NCBI GenBank assembly: GCA_963723515.1 | Contig: CAVRQT010000002.1 | Location: 256,001 to 320,000 of the forward strand | Length of the DNA: 64,000 nucleotides | Reading direction: 5' to 3' | Source: Vulcanimicrobiota bacterium | Lineage (GTDB): Bacteria > Vulcanimicrobiota > Vulcanimicrobiia > Vulcanimicrobiales > Vulcanimicrobiaceae | Shown: piece after piece, positions 39,730-49,818 of the stretch | How positions within the stretch are numbered: position 1 is the first letter of the stretch | Layout of the letters: every line of letters starts with the position of its first letter | The notes under the pieces: model-generated | Database searches by the model: none | What the model saw: the letters and a program-made list of their open reading frames with translations, nothing else | What the model was told of the DNA's origin: nothing | Made by a program: the position numbers and the translations under genes

Positions 39730-40878
39730 GAAACGGCGCGCGCTGTGCCGATACTCGAGCAAGAGGGATCGGTCGGCACGCAGGTGACGTATCGCCTCCG
39801 CCAAGGCGACGGGATCTTCAGGCGCGACGGCCACCCCGCCGCCGGACTCTTGAACGAAACGGCGGGCCTCACCGTCGGCGGCAACAATGACGGGGCATCC
39901 CACGGTGAAGGCATCGAAAATCTTTGTGGGCAGACTGCGCGTCAGCCCCGCACGCAGCGGCACGATGCAGACGTCCGAGTCGGCGAAGGCGCGGACCGCG
40001 CTCTCGCGAGGCAATACGCCGAGAAATGAAACGTTGGCGATCGTCTCCGCCTGAACGCGACGCCGCAGTTCCGGTTCATGCGCTCCACCGCCGACCATGA
40101 TGAATCGAAACGCCGGGTCGTCAAGCAAGAGTTTCGCTGCATCGAGCACGGTATCCAACGAAGCGGCGACGCCCATGTTGCCGACGTAGGCGACCACAAA
40201 ATCTTGGCGCTTTCGGACAAAGAGCGCTTCTTCTGCCAATTCGACCGCATCCGCGCCGTTGGGCGTCACAATCACTTTGGAAGGCGCCACTCCGTGCTCG
40301 AGGATTTCCTTTCTTGCGCCCTCGGTCACGGCGACGATGAGGGCCGCTCGTGCGTAAAGCCAATCGACCAACGCACCCACGGCGCGACTGGTAAAGCCCC
40401 TTTTGCGCCACGTTCCCATGCCAACCGCGACCTCCGGAAAGACGTCACGGATATCGGCGATCAACCGTGCACGCCCGCGCGACGCAGCGGCAATTGCCGG
40501 CACAATCAGTGTGATCGGAGGACTCGAAACAACGACGAGATCGGCTGCTTGTCGTTGCAAGATCACATACAGCAGCATCCCAAACGCGACCGAGAGCCAG
40601 TTCAACGCTCGTTCGACGGCTCTTCCGCCCGGTGAAGCAAACGTCCAGACGCGCTTTACGTTCACTGGACCGTCGCTTTCAGCGACAAAGAATCGCCCCC
40701 GATATGCGCGCGCGACCTTGCCTTGCGGAAACGATGGCATTCCGGTTAAGACCGTGACCTGGTTTCCTGCCGAGGCGAACGCTGCCGCAAGCGCACTGAC
40801 TCTGTTTGCAGCCGCGCACGATTCGGGCTTATAGAATTGCGCGATGATCATCACGCGCTGGTTCTTTCGAAACGTCAT
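39646..40878 (-). CDS. GT4 glycosyltransferase (WcaI/WbuB-like)
   Basis: YKPE, SSPP, DIRDVFPE, YVGNMG, LPTKIFD. Confidence 0.92.
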   Translation of the reverse strand: MTFRKNQRVMIIAQFYKPESCAAANRVSALAAAFASAGNQVTVLTGMPSFPQGKVARAYRGRFFVAESDGPVNVKRVWTFASPGGRAVERALNWLSVAFGMLLYVILQRQAADLVVVSSPPITLIVPAIAAASRGRARLIADIRDVFPEVAVGMGTWRKRGFTSRAVGALVDWLYARAALIVAVTEGARKEILEHGVAPSKVIVTPNGADAVELAEEALFVRKRQDFVVAYVGNMGVAASLDTVLDAAKLLLDDPAFRFIMVGGGAHEPELRRRVQAETIANVSFLGVLPRESAVRAFADSDVCIVPLRAGLTRSLPTKIFDAFTVGCPVIVAADGEARRFVQESGGGVAVAPEDPVALAEAIRHLRADRSLLLEYRHSARRFLTKRYDRLRIMNELVSHVGMIGTAGAG

Positions 40879-41960
40879 CTCGCGAACGCCTTTTGCGTCC
40901 GCGCGAAAGCGCGCTCAGCCAACAAAACCGCTCGTCGAACACCATTTAAGACCGCGTGACGCGGTCCGCTTCGAGTAACACCGAAGTGACGCGTATAGCG
41001 AACCTCGCAGCCGAAACGAAACTTATACGATTCTGCTCCACGCAGAAAGTCGTACGTTTTGAAACCATGTTCGATCGCGAATTGAATGGCGAACCCCATG
41101 AGCGCGTTACCGGGCGCTAAATCAGCAAAGCGCGGGTTGAAGCCGATTTTATATCCGCAGAAGATGCGGCCACGGCCATCAAGCAGCGCCAAGATCGTCG
41201 CGACCGCTTCCTGCCCGGACCATAAGGTCAACGACCACAGACAGCCAGTCCGAAAACACTCGGTCAGGAGCGCACGCTGCGCCTCTCGATACCGCCGAGA
41301 ATTTCCCCATCGCAACTCCGACATCTCAATGCACCGGTCGATGTGCTGCGCGATATTTGCCGCCGTGCCGATCTCCGTACGAAAATTAGGCAGCGCGGAC
41401 ACGTCACGAATGCTCCTACGCATTTCGTACCGGAAGCGCTTCGAAACGCTATGTAAGTAGTCGTCCCAACTTGAGGGCAGAGCGATGAACGGACACGGAC
41501 TCGTCTCTTTCTTCATAAAGGCGATCGGCCTGAAGGCACCCGGAAGCGATTCAAAGAGCGTCACAAGACGCGGATCGGCGACATCCGTCGCTCGGAATGT
41601 TCCCCAATGCATGGCGCTCAGATGCTGCGCGAGACTCGCGAGCACGGCGGCTTCACAGTCTGGGCGCGCAAGCAGTCCGTTCAAATCGCCCATCGGATTG
41701 CCGGCGAGCAACAGGTCGCGGTCGAGCGACGGCCCCACGCGTGGAAACGCTTGACTTACCAAAGGCAAGAACCCAACGTATTCGTTTTCTACGTCGCGGA
41801 CGGCGAGGATGAACCAGCGTTGGGATGTCACCGTTAGAAGCGCGCGCGTCCAAGCCCATGATAGGAACACTTGTGAATTGGGATCAGCGTCGTAAAGACG
41901 CTCCCACGATGGACGAATGCGATCTAATTCGCCAAGATCTTCAATCCGGTCAACCTGCAT
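40875..41960 (-). CDS. CelD/BcsL-type GNAT acyltransferase
   Basis: VFLSWAW, PFIALPSSWDDYL, LAPGNAL, YDFLRGAESYKFRFG. Confidence 0.9.
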   Translation of the reverse strand: MQVDRIEDLGELDRIRPSWERLYDADPNSQVFLSWAWTRALLTVTSQRWFILAVRDVENEYVGFLPLVSQAFPRVGPSLDRDLLLAGNPMGDLNGLLARPDCEAAVLASLAQHLSAMHWGTFRATDVADPRLVTLFESLPGAFRPIAFMKKETSPCPFIALPSSWDDYLHSVSKRFRYEMRRSIRDVSALPNFRTEIGTAANIAQHIDRCIEMSELRWGNSRRYREAQRALLTECFRTGCLWSLTLWSGQEAVATILALLDGRGRIFCGYKIGFNPRFADLAPGNALMGFAIQFAIEHGFKTYDFLRGAESYKFRFGCEVRYTRHFGVTRSGPRHAVLNGVRRAVLLAERAFARTQKAFAR

Positions 41961-43365
41961 GGCTCGACACCGCCCGATTCCAGAAGCCGCCGACCCGCGT
42001 GCCGGCCGCTGCCACATCACCTACCGGTTTTCTCGCCAACGCCGGATACGTGTGAGCTAACGACCGCAGCTGCGCGATAAAAGCGAACAGCAGCCAAACA
42101 TATTTGTAGGTAAAGAGATCGATAAACAGCGCGGTTATCGACAAGCCGATCAGCGCCGCCATTGCAACGCCGCGCATCTCCCACAGCGCACTGCCTCGCT
42201 CGATGATTGATAGCATTCGAAATTGCGCAATCCAACATGCGACCACCAGGAGCACGCCGATAATGCCAAGTTCAACGGAATAGTGGATCAACAGATTGTG
42301 AGGATCACGGTCCCACCCGACGCTAAAGCGTTGAAAAACGTTCAAATACGACTCATCGTACGCGTTCAAAAAGCTGCCAAGGCCTCCGCCGAAGAGCCAG
42401 TGGGACTTGAACGCTTCGATCCCGACGGCCCAAATTGAGGTGCGGCCAGCGCCTCCCGTTGACGACGCTTCGGCAAAACGCTGCCACATGGCCGGATCAA
42501 AAATGACGCACAAGCCTCCGATCGCCGTGACGCAAAACAACTGCAATCGTTTTCGCGACACGATTATCAAGTAGATGAGGATCGCCAAAAGTCCTAAGAG
42601 CGCTTCGCGAGACTGCGTTTGGTAGAGCGCCGTCAACATGATCGCCAGACCGCCCGCCCACGCAACTTTGACGGCAATCCGGCGTTCGTTGAGCGCAACG
42701 ACAAGCAACGCAGCGATCGGGAGCAGCAACGCATTCGCAAAGTGGTTCACGTCGATTGCGGCCGATTGTCCAAAGCGTATCGCGACGCGTCCAAAGTCAC
42801 GCTGCAACTCCGCTTCGATCGGATTCTGGTTGTGGAAAACGTAGAGTCCAAAGATCGCAGCCGCGATTCCGCCGCATATCGCGCCCCGCAGCAGCCATTT
42901 GAGGTCCTGCGTATCGATCGGTGTGATTGAAATAACCGCGTAAAGCAGCACGACCTGCAGCATCGTTTGAAAATCGCGCATACCATCCGCCGGACTCGAC
43001 GTCCAAAGCAACGATATCGCCATCCAAGCCAGAAGAAGAACCCACAAGATCAGTGAGCTTTGTGGCGCAACAAACCGTCTGCGCCGCAGTGTCCAAAGCA
43101 AAAAGCCGGCGCCCGCCAGCAGTCCAAGCAGTTTTGTGCCCGTACCGAACGACGAGACTGTCAACAGGTTGTCGAACGGCACAAAGAAGGCGTATGCCGC
43201 GTAGGGAAAGAGCATTGGGCGCTTCCATGCGATCAGCAGCGCGATCGGAGCGAGCAAGATAACCGCACCGGCGGCGATCTTTTGTGTAGAACCGCTCATC
43301 ACGGCTGCCAAGATCAACACGCTGACGGCGCAGACCGCTAGAACAACGAGATTACGGAATCGCAT
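41950..43365 (-). CDS. O-antigen ligase / Wzy polymerase family membrane protein
   Basis: About 12 TM segments, DVNHFA, TQSREA, GRTSIW, GGGLG, PHNLLI...ELGIIG. Confidence 0.88.
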   Translation of the reverse strand: MRFRNLVVLAVCAVSVLILAAVMSGSTQKIAAGAVILLAPIALLIAWKRPMLFPYAAYAFFVPFDNLLTVSSFGTGTKLLGLLAGAGFLLWTLRRRRFVAPQSSLILWVLLLAWMAISLLWTSSPADGMRDFQTMLQVVLLYAVISITPIDTQDLKWLLRGAICGGIAAAIFGLYVFHNQNPIEAELQRDFGRVAIRFGQSAAIDVNHFANALLLPIAALLVVALNERRIAVKVAWAGGLAIMLTALYQTQSREALLGLLAILIYLIIVSRKRLQLFCVTAIGGLCVIFDPAMWQRFAEASSTGGAGRTSIWAVGIEAFKSHWLFGGGLGSFLNAYDESYLNVFQRFSVGWDRDPHNLLIHYSVELGIIGVLLVVACWIAQFRMLSIIERGSALWEMRGVAMAALIGLSITALFIDLFTYKYVWLLFAFIAQLRSLAHTYPALARKPVGDVAAAGTRVGGFWNRAVSSHAG

Positions 43366-44134
43366 GCATCAGCCGCGGTTTTGTTAGCTCGAGCACGATG
43401 ATCCACGCATACTTGCGCAGCCCAGGAAAAAACCTGAATAAGCGAGCGTCCACATCGTTCAGACGCTCGACAAGTTTACCCGAGAACGACTTACCAAGCA
43501 GCGGCAGTGCGAGCAGGGCAGTTAAGTAATAATACGTGATATCGATGCTTGCGAACGCGTCTTGTGCGTACGTCAAATCTTTCTCGAGCAGCGGATGCTC
43601 ATCCGGCGTTCGTTCCGCGGGAGTAATCCGCCGGTAGAGATTGATAAACGGATTGTATCCGAGCGGTTCCAAGAACAGCGCGCGGCCGTCAGGCGCCAGA
43701 ACACGCGCAATCTCTTTGAATGCACGAGTCGTATCCAAGTGGTGCAGGATTGCTCCGCCACAAACGATTTCAAACGAACCATCCGGGAATTCCAGCGTTT
43801 CGGCGTCCATCTGATAGAAACGCGCGTTGTCGATTCCCAGTCGTCGAGCATTAGCTTTCGCTTTCTCGACAGCGACGTCAGATAGGTCGATCCCGGTGAT
43901 GATCGCGCCGTGCTTCGCAAGCTCAAGGACGTTTGCACCGCTGCCGCAACCAATCTCGAGAACCCGTTTGCCGCGACATTCTGCCAAGAGCCGCGAGCGA
44001 TGATACCGGTGTGAACGCCGCGTGATTCCGTAAAAGCGATCGACCCGGCCCCGCGCGGAGTTGTCCGAGGCAAAGCGCTCGTTTTGCAGCTGCCGTTCGC
44101 GGATTTTTCTTTCTTCCATAACTGCTTTCGTCAT
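43352..44134 (-). CDS. Class I SAM-dependent methyltransferase
   Basis: VLEIGCGSG, GIDLS, MDAETLEF, ILHHL, RTPDEHP. Confidence 0.92.
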   Translation of the reverse strand: MTKAVMEERKIRERQLQNERFASDNSARGRVDRFYGITRRSHRYHRSRLLAECRGKRVLEIGCGSGANVLELAKHGAIITGIDLSDVAVEKAKANARRLGIDNARFYQMDAETLEFPDGSFEIVCGGAILHHLDTTRAFKEIARVLAPDGRALFLEPLGYNPFINLYRRITPAERTPDEHPLLEKDLTYAQDAFASIDITYYYLTALLALPLLGKSFSGKLVERLNDVDARLFRFFPGLRKYAWIIVLELTKPRLMHAIP

Positions 44135-45747
44135 CGGACCGCCTCCCGATCGCGTTTCAACAACCGGCGCGGGCGCGATGCTAATCGCGCTGCCGCCTTC
44201 TCACGTTCACGACGCAACACGTACGGCAGACGCCGCAACGTTAGATACTGTCGCTTTCCATCGATCACGCAGACATCTCGGTCCCATGACAATGTATGCG
44301 TTCCAGCCGTATAGGGGCGCAAATTATGCGGCAGCAACGTCGCAACGATCTCTTCCGCGAAATCGTCAGGCGTCAGTTGCAGGATTCGATTAATGCGCAG
44401 CGCGCCACCGTAAGTAGTCGCGCAGTCCTGAGATGGTCGATACAGCTGCCCTTGATGAAAGAAAGGCTTGCCGGCCGGACGCGCTGATGTGATGTCGCTC
44501 TTGATCGGATTGCGCCCATGGGGTTGCCATACTCCGGTTAGCCTATCTGCATAGAACGCAAAGAGATGCAGATTGGAGTTACTGCTGCTCGAAGTGCAAA
44601 ATAGCCACCATCGACCGTCGTGTCTAAACAGCGTGCTGTCGCAAGCATCAAACCCTTCGATCAGCGTGCACACGCGCGCCCATTCATATGGAAATGACGT
44701 CGCCCGATAAAGCTCAACGCAATTCTTTTCGGCGCTCTCCGGCACGCAATAATAAACATCCGAGTGCTTGAGCAGAAACGGGTACGAGAGGTGGGAGGGC
44801 TCTTGCATAACCGGTCTTTGGTCGCGTGCAACGCCTCCGGAGATCTCAAAGGCGTCAATGTGGCCGCGATTGGCGCGCCGGTCAAGCGATTCGCAAAGGA
44901 CGAACGTCTTGCCGTCGCTTGAGCCGACCATCGGGTCGGCATAAAACGGATGCCGCTCATTCCAATGCAACCAGCGAACCGAGGGCCGGTAGCCGGAAGT
45001 CAGAAAGTCCTCAGGTGTTGCATTCGCGATGATGCCGATGTTCCAATCGACCTCCGCGAACAAATGGCGCACGGCTCGGCGCCAGAGTCGTTGAGTCAGA
45101 CGCGCCGGCGCACTCAACATCGCTCTTAAGGGAAGCGCACGGCGCGCCTCCCACGGAATCGCCGTATCGAACGATTTGCCGGCCCACTCTTGTGCGCTCC
45201 ATGCGGCCCATTGCGCGCAGGCCTGAAGAATCGGATCTAAATCGCGCAGCCGCAGCGGCAGATTGAATCGAGCGGAGCGCAGGACGCGCGCGCTTCCGTT
45301 AGCGAGGCCAACGACAAGCGCGATATCGAGCGTTCGTGCACCGGCCGCAAATTCGCGCCAGGTGATAGAGCGATCGATCGTCTTGGATCCACGTGTTTGA
45401 AACGACCAAATACCTAAAGGGAAACGCTGACCGTCGCCATCGCTCGGACCACCGCTAAAGTCGAGCAGGAAATCGAATTCACCGGCGCCGAGCTCAGTCA
45501 CGGCGGAAAGCTCTTTGACGCCCTCGATTTCAACGAAGCTTAGCGCACCGCTTTTCGGAGCGGCATGCCATGGGACTCTCGCAGCTCGGTCGTGCTTCTT
45601 GCAAAAGAGGGCGACGTTCATTCCCGGCGTCTCAAGCAAGGCGTTGATGCACCGTTCTTGCCAGACGGCTATTTGCGGTCTCTCAACGAGCACGGCGCAA
45701 CGCAATGCGGTCGGCGCGTTCGCTTTAGGCCGCGGATATATCGGCAA
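44131..45747 (-). CDS. Glucosamine-inositolphosphorylceramide-transferase-like five-bladed beta-propeller protein
   Basis: YADPM, HLSYPF, VPES, DSTL, NPI, ARPAG, RPSQDC, YG, HTLS, IDG. Confidence 0.8.
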   Translation of the reverse strand: MPIYPRPKANAPTALRCAVLVERPQIAVWQERCINALLETPGMNVALFCKKHDRAARVPWHAAPKSGALSFVEIEGVKELSAVTELGAGEFDFLLDFSGGPSDGDGQRFPLGIWSFQTRGSKTIDRSITWREFAAGARTLDIALVVGLANGSARVLRSARFNLPLRLRDLDPILQACAQWAAWSAQEWAGKSFDTAIPWEARRALPLRAMLSAPARLTQRLWRRAVRHLFAEVDWNIGIIANATPEDFLTSGYRPSVRWLHWNERHPFYADPMVGSSDGKTFVLCESLDRRANRGHIDAFEISGGVARDQRPVMQEPSHLSYPFLLKHSDVYYCVPESAEKNCVELYRATSFPYEWARVCTLIEGFDACDSTLFRHDGRWWLFCTSSSSNSNLHLFAFYADRLTGVWQPHGRNPIKSDITSARPAGKPFFHQGQLYRPSQDCATTYGGALRINRILQLTPDDFAEEIVATLLPHNLRPYTAGTHTLSWDRDVCVIDGKRQYLTLRRLPYVLRREREKAAARLASRPRRLLKRDREAVR

Positions 45748-46996
45748 TTTCTTTTCCGTATCCGCGACCGAGGGTATAGCACTCGAAGCCGGCCGCCTGC
45801 CAGAGACGAGCCGAGAAAAAGTTGCGAGTGTCGATCAGGACTCGTGCGCGCATCCGTTTGCCGACATCCAAAGGTGAGAGCGCGCGAAATTCTTCATGAT
45901 CGGTCAGCAAGACGATCGCCGAGGCGTCTTGAACAGCGGCTTGCAACGTCTGAAGCGGCGAAGAGAATCGCGTTGCGATCGGATCGCAAATGGCAACAGA
46001 GTACCCTCGCTCTTGGAGAAGCGAGCAGATTGCGCGCGTCGGCGTTTCACGGGTGTCGTCAACGTTGGCTTTATAGGAAGCCCCAAGTAATGCTATCTTC
46101 GTCCGCGGCGGAGTGAATCGCTCGATCCGCCGCACGACGATGTGCGGCATGCGCTCGTTGATGCGCCGTGCCGTCTGAATGAGTTCCGTTACAAACGGGT
46201 TCGCGTTGGATAGGAAATGCGGGTCGACGGGTATGCAATGGCCGCCGACACCGGGACCAGGGGAAAGGATGTTTACGCGCGGATGTGCATTAGCCAAGCG
46301 GATCGCTTCCCACACGTCAACATCGAGCTCTTCCCCGAGCAATGCAAGTTCGTTCGCGTATGCGATGTTGATATCGCGATAGGTGTTTTCGACGACCTTG
46401 ACGAGCTCCGCAGTCAGACAATCGGTCAGCTCGACATTGCCCCGTACAAACGTCGCATATAGGCGCGCGGCGGCAGCCGCATCGCTTGGTTTACGTCCGC
46501 CGATGACGCGCGGATTCGAACGTAGCTCGTTGATGATATCCCCAGGTATGACACGCTCTGGAGCATGCACGATGCTGACAGTGTCGGGATCTCGTCCCGC
46601 CCGCTGCACCGCGCCGGCAAGAATTCGTTCGGTCGTACCGGGCGGCACCGTCGACTCTAAGACAACGAGATCATCGTCCTTGAGCAGCGATGCAATCGCT
46701 TCGGCTGTTTCTTCAACGTGGCGAAGGTCCGGCTTGCGCTCCCGCGTCGGCGTCGGAACGCAAATGACATAAGCATCCGCGGATTGCAGCATATCAACGA
46801 CTCGCAGCCGGCCGCTCTGCAAGCCTTCTAACGCAATGGCACGCACATCGGGATCCGCCGTGGTGGCGCAATTTTGGCGCAGCGCGCGGCGAACTTCGGG
46901 ATCGGCGTCGTAACCGCTAACTTCAAAACCGGCGCCGGCGAACATGGCCGCCGTTGGTAACCCGATGTAGCCGAGGCCTACGATCGAAATTTTCAC
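45725..46996 (-). CDS. wecC: Nucleotide-sugar (UDP-ManNAc/GlcNAc) dehydrogenase
   Basis: GLGYIGLPTA, ICVPTP, ESTVPPGTT, PERV, KVVENTYRDINIA, GVGGHCIPVDP, YKANVDD. Confidence 0.9.
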   Translation of the reverse strand: MKISIVGLGYIGLPTAAMFAGAGFEVSGYDADPEVRRALRQNCATTADPDVRAIALEGLQSGRLRVVDMLQSADAYVICVPTPTRERKPDLRHVEETAEAIASLLKDDDLVVLESTVPPGTTERILAGAVQRAGRDPDTVSIVHAPERVIPGDIINELRSNPRVIGGRKPSDAAAAARLYATFVRGNVELTDCLTAELVKVVENTYRDINIAYANELALLGEELDVDVWEAIRLANAHPRVNILSPGPGVGGHCIPVDPHFLSNANPFVTELIQTARRINERMPHIVVRRIERFTPPRTKIALLGASYKANVDDTRETPTRAICSLLQERGYSVAICDPIATRFSSPLQTLQAAVQDASAIVLLTDHEEFRALSPLDVGKRMRARVLIDTRNFFSARLWQAAGFECYTLGRGYGKEIADISAA

Positions 46997-46998
46997 GG

Positions 46999-48243
46999 TT
47001 ACGCTTTCATCTCGGCCAGCACGCCGGAACGCTCCTCAAGCATCGCCGGTCGCCGGAGCAGCGCAGAGAGAACCGCCGCCGTTTGACGAGCGTCGTATTG
47101 CTCTGCGACGCGTTGTCGCGCCTGGAGACCCAGCGAAGAGCCGCGATTTGCATCGCGAGCTAACGTAATGATCGCATCCGCAAGTGCGCCGCCGTTACCT
47201 TGCGGAACGACGATGCCACATGATCCGTCGAGCAACTCTGTTACGCTGCCCGAGTTCGTTGCAATACACGGGAGCCCGACGGCCATCGCCTCCATCAGCG
47301 CGACCGGGATGCCTTCCATCTGATCTTCACGCTCGATGCTCGGCAAGACGGCGGCGTCGAACATGCCCGCCTGAAGTTGACGAAGCAGCTCGCGATGCGG
47401 CACCTCCGAGAGGATCGTCACGACCGATGAAAGCCGATGCTTTCGAATCAGCGCTGCGATCGCTGACTTTAACGGCCCGTCACCCGCAAGAAAGCAGCGC
47501 ACCGAATAGCCGGCGTCCCGAACCTGCGCAAGCGCTTCAATTAGAATCTTGTGCCCCTTGATCGGCACGAACGCCGCGGCACACAGCAGCGTAAGCGGCC
47601 GATGGCGCGCTGCCAGCGGATACGCCGCTCGTTCAGGCGGTACGCGAACACCCAGATGTAAAGCGACTGAACGCTCCCAATGGACGACCCCGATCCGCTT
47701 GCGATAGTCGGAAAGTCCACGGCGGGAGATCACGCGGGTGAAGGAAGCAGATTTCGCTTTTGCGTGTGCTAGGTTGTCCTCGTAGATGTCCCAGCGGTGC
47801 GCGGTTGAACTCCACGGCTTACCGGCGAGTTGTGCAGCGATGTATGCGACCGTGGACGGCGTCGAGAGCCAATACGAGTGAATGTGATCGATGTTCTCGC
47901 GACGGACGATGTCAGCCACGGCAAGCGCCTTCGGAAAGATGGCGAGGTTTTTCAGGCGCACAGTGAAGCGCGCTTTGGGCGCGATGATAGAGCGCAGTGC
48001 GCGCAGGACCGCGCGGGGCCGCGAACAGCACATTTGGATCGTGCGGCCGTACGTGCGCAGTGAGATCAGCGGCAAGCGGAAAACTTTCGCCGGCAAATCG
48101 GGATAGCGCGATTGCCGGCGCGGCGGCGACGTTGGAATAATTGTGAGCTCTTCTATGTACTCCGAGAGCGCACGGATTTCGGCTTCCAGATACGGCTCTT
48201 TCGGTCCGAATGGAAACTTTGCGGAGATAATTGCGATCTTCAC
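46999..48243 (-). CDS. GT4 glycosyltransferase (WcaL-like)
   Basis: HIHSYW, STAHRWDI, KGH, EGIPVALMEAMA. Confidence 0.9.
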   Translation of the reverse strand: MKIAIISAKFPFGPKEPYLEAEIRALSEYIEELTIIPTSPPRRQSRYPDLPAKVFRLPLISLRTYGRTIQMCCSRPRAVLRALRSIIAPKARFTVRLKNLAIFPKALAVADIVRRENIDHIHSYWLSTPSTVAYIAAQLAGKPWSSTAHRWDIYEDNLAHAKAKSASFTRVISRRGLSDYRKRIGVVHWERSVALHLGVRVPPERAAYPLAARHRPLTLLCAAAFVPIKGHKILIEALAQVRDAGYSVRCFLAGDGPLKSAIAALIRKHRLSSVVTILSEVPHRELLRQLQAGMFDAAVLPSIEREDQMEGIPVALMEAMAVGLPCIATNSGSVTELLDGSCGIVVPQGNGGALADAIITLARDANRGSSLGLQARQRVAEQYDARQTAAVLSALLRRPAMLEERSGVLAEMKA

Positions 48244-48274
48244 CTGAGGCGGTCACGAACATCAGCGAAATTCA

Positions 48275-49690
48275 CTATACGGCCCGGTGAAAGAGAAATT
48301 CGGCAGCGGTCTTGCAGATCACCGAGATGTCCATGAAGACCGACCAGTGTTCAACGTAGAACAGATCGAACGCAAGTTTCTCGCCTGCTGCGGATGGCTC
48401 CAGGACCCGTTTCATATGCACCTGAGACCATCCGGTGATGCCGGGCTTGACGACGTGGCGTTCATCGTAGTGCGTCAGCGTCAAGCGAAACATCTCAACG
48501 AAAAACGGTCGCTCGGGTCGTGGACCGACGATCGACATTTCGCCGCGAAGTACGTTGAAGAGTTGAGGCAGCTCGTCCAAACTTGTCCGGCGTAACAGCG
48601 CACCAACGCGCGTGACGCGACCGTCACCGGCCTTTGCCCACGTCGGGCCGCTCGCTTCTTCCGCTTCGCGTCTCATCGAACGAAACTTGAGCATCACAAA
48701 GGAGCGGCCGTTTTGACCGATCCGCTCCTGACGAAACAAGATAGGGCCGCGGTCTTCCAACCATATCGCGGCTGCAATGCAGCCCATGAGCGGCAAAGCA
48801 ATCGCGGTAGTGATTGCAGAAAAACCAAGATCGATCGTCCGCTTGAGGACCCGCGCATGCAACGTGCACGCTCGCTTCGGGCGCGGTACGACAAGCGGCT
48901 GATCACCGATCTGCTCAAGATAGAGCGCGAAACCGTTCGCCGAAACGCGCGGGGCCGCAAAGGCGACGGCAATCTTTGCCCGTCTTGCGAGATCTAAGAT
49001 TGCCGCGATCGAATCTTTTTCGGGAACACCCGCAAAGACGATACGGTCGGCGCCCCAGCGGCGCGCCTCTGCGATCGCAAGCGCCGGCGACGCCTGGTCT
49101 TGGACGCGCAGCGTTTCAACGCGCTCGACGGATCGCAGCGATGCATCAAGAGCGTACGCGTCATCACTCTGTCCTACGACGGCGACACGATGCGGTCGTC
49201 GCAGATGCGGCGCGTCAACCAGCGCGTGCGATATCGCTCGGAATGCACCTACGAGTGGTACCGCAAGAAACAGCGTGATGAGAAGAACGGCGCGCGACGT
49301 CGAGATTGCGGGAAATAACGAGAAAACGGCAACTTGCGGAACGATCGTCAAACAAAGAGCGGTGACGACATAGTAAAACTCGTCCCGCGAGTGCTGAGCA
49401 AAGCTAACGTGGTACAGCCCTAGGCGCGCGAAAATCAGAATACAGACGAAGGCTCCGACGAGAGCAGAGACGAGCACGCGGCCGTAGTTGAGATCTGCAC
49501 TCCAACCGTGGACGACGATGACGCTGGCAAGAAACGTAGCGAAGAGAAACGCCGAAGCGTCGCCAAAGAGCAGCGTCAGGGTCCGTTCAGAGCTGTACAG
49601 AAGCGGCGGCCCTTTGGAACGCATCGTTTGGGGCGCAGCATTGCCAGCCACCGACGATACAGCAGAATCGCCGGGGCGTGAAACATCCAT
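48275..49690 (-). CDS. Priming polyprenyl glycosylphosphotransferase (WcaJ-like)
   Basis: KRTIDL, FRQERIG, KFRSM, LRRTSLDELPQLFNVLRGEMSIVGPRPE, KPGITGWSQV. Confidence 0.95.
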   Translation of the reverse strand: MDVSRPGDSAVSSVAGNAAPQTMRSKGPPLLYSSERTLTLLFGDASAFLFATFLASVIVVHGWSADLNYGRVLVSALVGAFVCILIFARLGLYHVSFAQHSRDEFYYVVTALCLTIVPQVAVFSLFPAISTSRAVLLITLFLAVPLVGAFRAISHALVDAPHLRRPHRVAVVGQSDDAYALDASLRSVERVETLRVQDQASPALAIAEARRWGADRIVFAGVPEKDSIAAILDLARRAKIAVAFAAPRVSANGFALYLEQIGDQPLVVPRPKRACTLHARVLKRTIDLGFSAITTAIALPLMGCIAAAIWLEDRGPILFRQERIGQNGRSFVMLKFRSMRREAEEASGPTWAKAGDGRVTRVGALLRRTSLDELPQLFNVLRGEMSIVGPRPERPFFVEMFRLTLTHYDERHVVKPGITGWSQVHMKRVLEPSAAGEKLAFDLFYVEHWSVFMDISVICKTAAEFLFHRAV

Positions 49691-49747
49691 TGCAACTATC
49701 TTAGAGGGAACAGCCCCCGCGCCAGAAGGGTCGGCGGACCCCCGCTA

Positions 49748-49808
49748 CGGCCCTAGAGTCTCAAGAAGTGCCCGAAAGTCCTAAGCATCAGGGTAGTTAC
49801 TGACCCTG
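49748..49808. promoter_or_regulatory. Tandem DosR/NarL-like boxes upstream of the priming transferase operon
   Basis: CGGCCCTAGAGTCTCA (49748-49763) and GTGCCCGAAAGTCCTA (49768-49783), 20 bp apart, then inverted repeat TCAGGGT...ACCCTGA. Confidence 0.55.
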
Positions 49809-49818
49809 AGGTGCTCGA

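Noticed and set aside
38539..40878. 84-bp convergent overlap of two GT4 genes as a regulatory device
   Set aside because: Short 3' overlaps are common, and the tail may just be read-through from an indel.
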